This document shows, one piece after another, positions 57,258 to 64,000 of a stretch of DNA of 64,000 nucleotides. The stretch comes from Rickettsiales bacterium (GTDB lineage: Bacteria > Pseudomonadota > Alphaproteobacteria > Rickettsiales > G965195355), in NCBI GenBank assembly GCA_965195355.1, contig OZ239627.1, forward strand, positions 1,880-65,879, written 5' to 3'. Position 1 is the stretch's first letter, and each line of letters starts with the position of its first letter. A model generated the notes under the pieces. It saw nothing but the letters and a program-made list of their open reading frames with translations, did no database searches and was not told the origin of the DNA. The position numbers were made by a program, and so were the translations under genes.

Positions 57258-58967
57258 TTATTTTGTAATCAATCCTGATATGTTTGCAGTACCAAGATCC
57301 AAGGAGTCAACATTAGTATTGTGCATGTCTGCATTACTTAAGTTGGTTTCTCTGAATTTTGCATCCTTGAGATAAGCATTGCTTAAATTAGCATTGCTTA
57401 AATTAGCATTCGAAAAATTCGCTTGCTCAAGATTTGCACCTGAAAAATCTGCTTTTGATAAATTCATATCACTGAAATCTACATTGCGATAATTACCATT
57501 CTTAAAATCCTTTGATTTAATATCAGATTTTACAACAATGGCATGTGCATTCCTGAGGCTTTGCAAAATACCAATTTGTTGATTTTCTACAAACCAAGAG
57601 CGATCTGCTTTAATGTTATCTAGAATCACATCTCTAAACGCACTCTTGACTGCACTAGAGCGCTTCAAATTAAGGTTACCAATATATAATCCCTCAAATC
57701 TTGAATCATACATACTCATGTAATTCATGCTACCATTTTTTATCGACACATTGCTCAGATTAGAATTAACAATATTGGATCTATCAAAATTTGAATTTAA
57801 GAAATTTGAATCCTGTAAATCTGAATCCTGGATACGTATTTTTGCCAAATCAACTCTTGCAAAATCGCTACTCTTTATCTTTGAATCCAATATAGAACCA
57901 TTCGATATAAAAGAATCATGAAATACTAATCCATCTATAAATGCATTATGAATATTAATATCATTAAGATCAGAAGATTTGAAATAAGAGTCCTTAATGA
58001 GAATCTTATCATTCGCATATTTAGACCATGCTACCGATCCAAGATAAGAATTCTTAATGCTTACTTTATCTCCCATTGCATTTTTTACGATAATATCTTT
58101 CGCATAGCTCTCATGAAATTGCATGCCGTACACAGCAGCATATGGTAATTTTGTGTTCGATATCTCTGCACCACGGAAATTGGAGAATGACATGTCGGAG
58201 AATGACATGTCGGAATTTGTGATTTTAGATTTAAAGAAATGTACATGAGCAAGATTTGATGATTCAAGGTGGGATTTCTCAATTTCAACAAAATCCAGAT
58301 CCGCATTCTCTAAATTTGCACCATACATATCAGCATTCTTAAATTTAGAAAAATGCAACACTGCATTTGGCATTTCTATATATCTGCAATCAACATTACT
58401 CAATCTTGATCCCACGATCGTTGAACGATTCCCAACAAGTGATTTCATGTTCGCACTATCAAGGTTTGAATTTGAAATAGAGCTTTGCAATAAATCCATC
58501 TTGCGCATATCCACATGATTCATGGAAGCATCAGATATTTGAGTGGTAACCAAGATCGAGCGCGATAGATTTGCATTATCTAATTTAGAATTAACAATAG
58601 AACTATTTGTGATCTCTGCATGAGAGAAATTAATCTTTCGCATATCAGATGAAATAAATTTGGAAGTATAAATCTTTGCATTTCTAAACTGAGCGTTGCT
58701 TAGATCTGAGCCCTTAAATAAGGAATTAGTGATACTAGCATTTGTGAAATCTGCTCCTGAAATATCAACATTCTTAAAATTCATGTTGTATATATTGAGT
58801 TCTCGTAAATCCGCATTTCGGAGATCCTTTCCAATGGAGTTGGCAACCTCTATTGTGACTCTACCATCATATTTTAATATAACATCCCTCAACTTGCTCG
58901 TTGCCACTGATGCATCAGCATTGACATAATAGAAAAAACATAGTGTCAAAAAATATATGGCGCGCAT
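57258..58967 (-). CDS. Secreted pentapeptide-repeat protein (569 aa)
   Basis: Has a signal peptide (MRAIYFLTLCFFYYVNADA). A(D/N)LxX-type pentapeptide periodicity runs through nearly the whole protein (for example ANLEQANFSNANLSNANLSNAYLKDAKF) and shows as 15-nt DNA periodicity at 57350-57460. Confidence 0.88.
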   Translation of the reverse strand: MRAIYFLTLCFFYYVNADASVATSKLRDVILKYDGRVTIEVANSIGKDLRNADLRELNIYNMNFKNVDISGADFTNASITNSLFKGSDLSNAQFRNAKIYTSKFISSDMRKINFSHAEITNSSIVNSKLDNANLSRSILVTTQISDASMNHVDMRKMDLLQSSISNSNLDSANMKSLVGNRSTIVGSRLSNVDCRYIEMPNAVLHFSKFKNADMYGANLENADLDFVEIEKSHLESSNLAHVHFFKSKITNSDMSFSDMSFSNFRGAEISNTKLPYAAVYGMQFHESYAKDIIVKNAMGDKVSIKNSYLGSVAWSKYANDKILIKDSYFKSSDLNDINIHNAFIDGLVFHDSFISNGSILDSKIKSSDFARVDLAKIRIQDSDLQDSNFLNSNFDRSNIVNSNLSNVSIKNGSMNYMSMYDSRFEGLYIGNLNLKRSSAVKSAFRDVILDNIKADRSWFVENQQIGILQSLRNAHAIVVKSDIKSKDFKNGNYRNVDFSDMNLSKADFSGANLEQANFSNANLSNANLSNAYLKDAKFRETNLSNADMHNTNVDSLDLGTANISGLITK

Positions 58968-59073
58968 TCACTATCCATTACAACATTACTCCAAGTGTAC
59001 AGAGCATTGCACACTTAGGTAAAGAGATTGTTTTACTCTAATCTACAAAGTGAAGCATATCCAAATAAAGAGA

Positions 59074-59379
59074 TTATTGTGCCAGTGAAGTAGTGGCATT
59101 CACTAGAGCACTAGTCACAGCATCAGTCATGATAGTAGAAACAGTATCATTGCCCATTGTAGTACCATTCATTGCAGGATCATCCTTGTGTTCCCAGAGG
59201 TAATAGCTCCCATAGGCCAAAGCCCCCATGTACACAATCAGACCTGCATGAAAGATACCACAAAACAAACGACTGCGCCTTGTTTTTGTTGAACCACTCT
59301 CCACATCATCAGCGCTGCTTGAATCTGCTATTTCTAATGCTTCTGAAGTGTCATCATGTCTTTCCTCACTTCCTGCCAT
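59074..59379 (-). CDS. Hypothetical small single-pass membrane protein
   Basis: Start taken at ATG 59379 (MAGSEERHDD). It has an acidic N-terminus, one TM helix (LFCGIFHAGLIVYMGALAYGSYY) and a T/A/S-rich tail. Confidence 0.4.
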   Translation of the reverse strand: MAGSEERHDDTSEALEIADSSSADDVESGSTKTRRSRLFCGIFHAGLIVYMGALAYGSYYLWEHKDDPAMNGTTMGNDTVSTIMTDAVTSALVNATTSLAQ

Positions 59380-59496
59380 ATTAAAACCATAATTATTAAT
59401 TAATGATATATTAATTATATTAATCGCGTACGTCAATACCCTTTAAGAATTGACGCAGCATGGAAAAAGATTAGTGTATTCTTTTGGGAGATTGCT

Positions 59497-60114
59497 ATGA
59501 AATACGACCTTGATGCTGTCGTAAACAAATTGAAAGACACGCTCTCCAACCAGATGGTGATCATAGTGGATGATTCTGAGCGTGAAAAAGAAGCAGATAT
59601 TGTTGTGCCAGCATGTCGGATCACGTGGGATATATTGCTCGCGATGGAAGATCTATGCAATTCTGTCGTGACAATAGCAATGAATCATGCAAGAGTCTCG
59701 TCGTTGAATTTACAGAGCATGATAAGAATTGAATCTGATGATGATAAAGATGCTTTCTTTACTAATTCCATTGATTTGAAAGGTATAAATAAGAGTGGAG
59801 CAAGCCTATTAGATCGCTCAGAAACAATGCGCGCACTATCACAAGCGACTTTTAAGAGAGATGACTTCAGATCTCCAGGCCATGTATTTCCATTGATGGC
59901 ACATAAACATGGACTTCGTGGTAGATGTGGACATACGGAATCATCAATTGCATTAATGGAAATCTCAGGATTACCACAAGTTGCTGTTCTGGGTGAGATC
60001 TGTGATCGCAGATCTGGAATCATGGCAACGTTCGATACTATACAAAAATTGTCAATACAGCAACATATACCGATGTGCAACATTGATTCCATCATGGAAT
60101 ATCTAAAGATTTAA
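59497..60114 (+). CDS. ribB: 3,4-dihydroxy-2-butanone 4-phosphate synthase
   Basis: Contains VDDSEREKEADIVVPA, FRSPGHVFPL and RGGHTE-like RCGHTES. Confidence 0.9.
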   Translation: MKYDLDAVVNKLKDTLSNQMVIIVDDSEREKEADIVVPACRITWDILLAMEDLCNSVVTIAMNHARVSSLNLQSMIRIESDDDKDAFFTNSIDLKGINKSGASLLDRSETMRALSQATFKRDDFRSPGHVFPLMAHKHGLRGRCGHTESSIALMEISGLPQVAVLGEICDRRSGIMATFDTIQKLSIQQHIPMCNIDSIMEYLKI

Positions 60115-61293
60115 ATAACAAATGTCACACATTCCACAATTTTCACATTCTTCTTGACCGAAATACCTTGCTAGCATTTTCGATCTACACATATGCTTAG
60201 ATTCGCAATATTTCTGCATGCACTTTAATTTTTTGGTTTGTATCATCCGATAATAGAAATTTGCATCTGAATCTGAGATTGTATCTCGATACCAATCAAT
60301 ATCAGCATTTGAATATAATATAGTGGCTCTACCAATATTATCACTTCTTCCACACCTGCCAGTTTCTTGATAATACGCTTCTAAATTTCGAGGAGTATCT
60401 GCATGAATGATGTATTCTACATTCTTAATATTAACTCCCATACCAAATGCCACTGTTGCCACCATCACGACATTTTTATTATCAATGAAATATTTATAAT
60501 TCTGTGACTTCTGCTCTGCACTCATGCCAGCATGATAATAAGAGCATTTTATATTCATGTACTTCAAATCATTATATATGGATTCTGTTTTTTTGCGTGA
60601 AGAGCAATATATAATCCCATTAGATCTTGCATCTGTGATTTCATGCAGTATTTGCTTCATCACATTTCTTGGTCTCTTTTTTACTATTAATGCAATATTG
60701 CGTCTCTGTAAGTCAGTTCTAAAAACCTGAGCATTTGGGATTTTCAGCTGATACATGATATCTTTGACTGTGATTTTATCCGCAGTTGCAGTGAGAGCTA
60801 AGATTCCCGAATCAGGAAAAATCTCTCGTATCTTTGAGAGTTGCTTATACTGAGGTCGAAAATCATGCCCCCAAGATGATACACAGTGTGATTCATCAAT
60901 TGCAAAGAACGAAATTCTACATCTCTTGAAAATATGAATGTTACTACAAAGAAACTCAGGAGATGTATAAACAATCTTGAGCGCCTCATCCAGCATCATC
61001 CGAAACACCTCAGATCTCTCAATGGTTTCTGAATTTAATATTCCAGCCCTTATTCCCAATGCCGTCAAATTACGAACTTGATCTTGCATCAAAGAAATCA
61101 AAGGAGAAACAACAATCACAATGCCTTTCATGCATATAGCAGGTATCTGATAACACAAAGACTTGCCACCAGCGGTTGGCATTATAACAATGGAATCCTC
61201 TCCATTCATTACTGCACGGACAATTTCCTCTTGATTGTTTTGGAATCGCTCGAACTTAAAAATTGACTCTAAGCATTCAACGTGAGACTCCAC
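60103..61293 (-). CDS. recQ: RecQ-family ATP-dependent DNA helicase, short form (helicase core + zinc subdomain only)
   Basis: Contains Q motif-like FRFERFQNNQEE, MPTAGGKSLCYQIPA, DESHCVSSWGHDFRPQY, LTATA, FGMGVN and QE.GR.GR, plus the Cys cluster C...C..C..C at the C-terminus. It stops right after the zinc module (396 aa). Confidence 0.85.
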   Translation of the reverse strand: MESHVECLESIFKFERFQNNQEEIVRAVMNGEDSIVIMPTAGGKSLCYQIPAICMKGIVIVVSPLISLMQDQVRNLTALGIRAGILNSETIERSEVFRMMLDEALKIVYTSPEFLCSNIHIFKRCRISFFAIDESHCVSSWGHDFRPQYKQLSKIREIFPDSGILALTATADKITVKDIMYQLKIPNAQVFRTDLQRRNIALIVKKRPRNVMKQILHEITDARSNGIIYCSSRKKTESIYNDLKYMNIKCSYYHAGMSAEQKSQNYKYFIDNKNVVMVATVAFGMGVNIKNVEYIIHADTPRNLEAYYQETGRCGRSDNIGRATILYSNADIDWYRDTISDSDANFYYRMIQTKKLKCMQKYCESKHMCRSKMLARYFGQEECENCGMCDICYLNL

Positions 61294-61335
61294 ACAAATT
61301 ACAATGATAGATCAAATAAAAAGATAATCAATGAA

Positions 61336-62025
61336 TCACCATGCAATGCTAAAACTAGGATTAACCTCTGTAGTAACTTCTGCGTTCATCTCAGTACTTG
61401 GCTTAGAACTAGAACCACCACAACCACCTGAGCCACAACCTCCACGACATGAACCAGCTGCCATTACTCCAACAGCAATGATTGTCAATATAATCGGTAT
61501 TGATATAGTAATTCCAACAGACCAAAGCATGATTTTCATCATGAGATTTGATTGCTTTTTTGCTCTCTCGAATCGTTCTCTTTGATCTTTATCATCAGAT
61601 ATTTGCGATTTATCATTCTCACCATTTGCATCAGGCTTATCATTACATCCTCTCTTTGAGAGACAGTGACCGACAATGCAAAATGTCAACATACATACAG
61701 CAAAAATACCGATACACACAGCAATTTTTGTATGATCATGTTCAATGCTCAATCTGCGATACGCTTTGTTGATTGAAGAATTAGGATCGTGATCCAAGCA
61801 TTTCCTTAAAATTGCCATAAGTGCATATCCATAACCAATCATAAGACCAGTTATTGCAGCACTGGTAATCAATGGCATTGTCCAGTATGAACCAACATTC
61901 GTGAATTTCTGATATTCCTGCGCATCATTCTTCTTGATAGCACGATACAAGAACATTGCAGAGAACGGACATGTAATCATTGTCAGGATAGCACTCGTGC
62001 GATTTACATGTGTGGATTTACGCAT
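61336..62025 (-). CDS. Hypothetical membrane protein with Cys/Gly-rich C-terminal segment
   Basis: A 229-aa ORF with 4 hydrophobic helices. Its tail contains AAGSCRGGCGSGGCGGSSSK. Confidence 0.5.
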   Translation of the reverse strand: MRKSTHVNRTSAILTMITCPFSAMFLYRAIKKNDAQEYQKFTNVGSYWTMPLITSAAITGLMIGYGYALMAILRKCLDHDPNSSINKAYRRLSIEHDHTKIAVCIGIFAVCMLTFCIVGHCLSKRGCNDKPDANGENDKSQISDDKDQRERFERAKKQSNLMMKIMLWSVGITISIPIILTIIAVGVMAAGSCRGGCGSGGCGGSSSKPSTEMNAEVTTEVNPSFSIAW

Positions 62026-62141
62026 TTATCTTAGATCGACATTATAATTATAATAATTGAATTTTGCAATTATGTCAAGTTTGGAATAATTACTTGACAT
62101 TAAGCATGAATTTATATAATATGAGATGATTTAGGTATTTA

Positions 62142-62621
62142 GTGATGTTAGGATTCAACTTTAGAAAATGTATAAAAAGTGAAACTGAAGAGAATATGTT
62201 TGATAGCGTTGTGACAATCACCAAAGATAGTAATACACAAGAAGGAAATATAGAAATTAGTACTACTTCAAAGGATTCTTCTTGCATAAAGGCACAAAAT
62301 ATTACTCAAAATCTAAAAGAATTTGATACATCAACAATACTTACATTAAGCGATACAGAGAGAGATATCGTGAATTTTGGTGATCTTGCTAATAAACTGC
62401 AAGGTCATTTGAATAGAAAAATGCCTTGTGAATTCACTGTAAATATTACACCTAACAGCATCGGTGCGGTATCATTGTCTAGACTTAATAGTCATGATTC
62501 AACGCAAAGTTCTGTATCACAGGAATCATCTGTACCTGAAAAATTACAAAATACACAAACAAAATCTACTAATTGGGTACAACAGAATGGTGAATGGATA
62601 AAATCATCACAGCTTAACTGA
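62142..62621 (+). CDS. Hypothetical S/T/N-rich protein
   Basis: A 159-aa ORF only. Confidence 0.4.
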   Translation: MMLGFNFRKCIKSETEENMFDSVVTITKDSNTQEGNIEISTTSKDSSCIKAQNITQNLKEFDTSTILTLSDTERDIVNFGDLANKLQGHLNRKMPCEFTVNITPNSIGAVSLSRLNSHDSTQSSVSQESSVPEKLQNTQTKSTNWVQQNGEWIKSSQLN

Positions 62622-62677
62622 TAAGTTGCTTTCTATAATTCCTCACGTATGATTCCCATCATTAGTGTGAGGGTTAA

Positions 62678-63910
62678 ATGGGAACCAGAAATTTCGAACT
62701 AAATTCTATATCTCCGAGTGTAGGACCAGAAACCTTCGATGTTTCAAATTTATATGCACAACAAAAAGTCTTCACATACGATCCCGGATTTAAGTCCACT
62801 GCATCATGCAAATCCTCTATCACATATATAGATGGTGATGCTGGAATTCTACGATATCGTGGATATGATATTCAGGATGTAGCACAAAATCTCTCCTTTT
62901 TGGAGACATCTCATTTGTTAATACACGGAGAACTACCCAATAAACATCAACTTGAGAATCTTGAGAAATCTATACACAAACATTCCAATCGATGTCTAGA
63001 AAATCTCATCAAGATACAAGATAAGAATGCTCATCCAATGGGCTCTCTCGCGGTATATTACAATATGTTATCTAGCACTCACAGAGTGAATATGGAAGAT
63101 GATACCGAGGTATTGAATGAAATGCATCATGCTATTGCACAAGCAACAATTGCAACTGCAGCACTGTATAGACACAAACATAGATTATCATTAATACCAT
63201 TCGACCACAATAAGAATTATACATTCAATTTTTTGAATATGATGTTACACGAGAAATTTTCTCAAGTTGCTGATCCAGATGCAATGGCAAAAATCATGGA
63301 TCTCATATTCATCCTACATGCAGATCATGAACAAAATGCATCCACCTCAACAGTCAGAATGGTAACATCAACTGGTAGTGAGGTTCACGCGTGTCTTGCA
63401 TCAGGCATTAACGCACTTTGGGGTCCATTGCATGGTGGAGCAAATGAGGCAGTGATCAAGATGCTTGATGAGATAGGATCCGTTGAAAATATAGATGCAT
63501 TCCTGGAAAATGTAAAAAACAAAAAATGCAAACTTATGGGATTTGGACATAGAATATATAAAAATCTTGACCCTAGAGCAGGCATTATAAAATCAAAATG
63601 CAAAGAGGTATTAGATATTCTCAACATACAGAATGCAAAACTGGATGTTGCAATGGAAATGGAAGCAAGAGCACAATCTGATTCATACTTCCAAGAGAGA
63701 AAATTGTATCCAAACGTCGATTTTTATTCTGGGATAATATTAAGCGCATTGGGAATTCCTACAGAATTTTTTACCAATATATTTGTCATAGGTCGTATGC
63801 CAGGTTGGTGTGCTCAGATGTTCGAAATGCTTCATGATGCAGAACAAAAGATAAGTAGACCTAGACAGATATATACAGGAGCGATATCAAGAAAGATTAC
63901 AACGTCTTGA
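62678..63910 (+). CDS. gltA: Citrate synthase
   Basis: Contains ILRYRGYDI, LHADHEQNASTS, LWGPLHGGANE and GFGHRIYKNLDPRA. Confidence 0.96.
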   Translation: MGTRNFELNSISPSVGPETFDVSNLYAQQKVFTYDPGFKSTASCKSSITYIDGDAGILRYRGYDIQDVAQNLSFLETSHLLIHGELPNKHQLENLEKSIHKHSNRCLENLIKIQDKNAHPMGSLAVYYNMLSSTHRVNMEDDTEVLNEMHHAIAQATIATAALYRHKHRLSLIPFDHNKNYTFNFLNMMLHEKFSQVADPDAMAKIMDLIFILHADHEQNASTSTVRMVTSTGSEVHACLASGINALWGPLHGGANEAVIKMLDEIGSVENIDAFLENVKNKKCKLMGFGHRIYKNLDPRAGIIKSKCKEVLDILNIQNAKLDVAMEMEARAQSDSYFQERKLYPNVDFYSGIILSALGIPTEFFTNIFVIGRMPGWCAQMFEMLHDAEQKISRPRQIYTGAISRKITTS

Positions 63911-64000
63911 TAGTAGCTGCAAATTGACGTATTAATGATTCATCTTTCGTGCCTCTGATATTTTCTAGACCCGAGGAAATGTCTACGATTTTGACTTCAG

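Noticed and set aside
57350-57460. A 15-nt tandem periodicity that looks like a VNTR or minisatellite.
   Set aside because: It is fully explained by the coding of consecutive pentapeptide repeats (ANLSN/ANFSN) in the 569-aa protein. It is not an independent repeat element.
1-64000. A search by eye for tRNA, rRNA, tmRNA, CRISPR arrays, transposases or integrases and toxin-antitoxin or defence-system genes.
   Set aside because: I found no T-loop/acceptor-type sequences in the intergenic regions, no direct-repeat/spacer arrays, and no transposase or integrase motifs in any ORF. tRNAscan-SE, Infernal and ISfinder would be needed to be certain.

Overview
This is an AT-rich, tightly packed bacterial chromosome segment with about 65 ORFs. 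Many neighbouring genes overlap by 1-20 nt. I saw no rRNA, tRNA, CRISPR array or IS element by eye. The gene content fits a reduced alphaproteobacterium of the Rickettsiales type, possibly a flagellated lineage such as Midichloriaceae; this placement is inference from gene content only. Recognisable housekeeping genes are ligA (partial), uvrB, polA, a short recQ-like helicase, groES/groEL, serS, nrdA, def, pdxS/pdxT, folD, aroC, petA/petB/petC (bc1), sdhA (solitary), an NDUFS4-like gene, atpH/atpA, icd, gltA, pyrF, murE, murC, mraY, ubiE, ribF, ribB, lspA, gatA, an rpoZ-like gene, rnhA and an M16 peptidase pair. There are also flagellar genes (fliK-like/flgD/flgE and a separate flgI) and a GTA/HK97-type portal plus prohead-protease remnant. 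About 20 orphan ORFs are interspersed among these. The standout is a 129-aa tail-anchored ORF (1223-1612) between ligA and flgE. It aligns without gaps to the eukaryotic synaptobrevin/VAMP R-SNARE motif, including the zero-layer arginine. Several other orphans carry eukaryote-type short linear motifs: tandem PPxY/LPxY, an MGxC N-terminus, PxxPxR and acidic YxxI/M. Some orphans also share N- or C-terminal tail motifs. Together these suggest a host-mimicry or effector repertoire. Other oddities are a GroEL with a divergent equatorial N-terminus, a ~100-aa His/Gln-rich insertion in UbiE, a glycine-free 274-aa ORF, a secreted 569-aa pentapeptide-repeat protein, homopolymer tracts (C9, C7, A8) in an AT-rich background, and many convergent gene pairs that overlap with no terminator space. 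All functional calls come from reading the translations; no database search was run.
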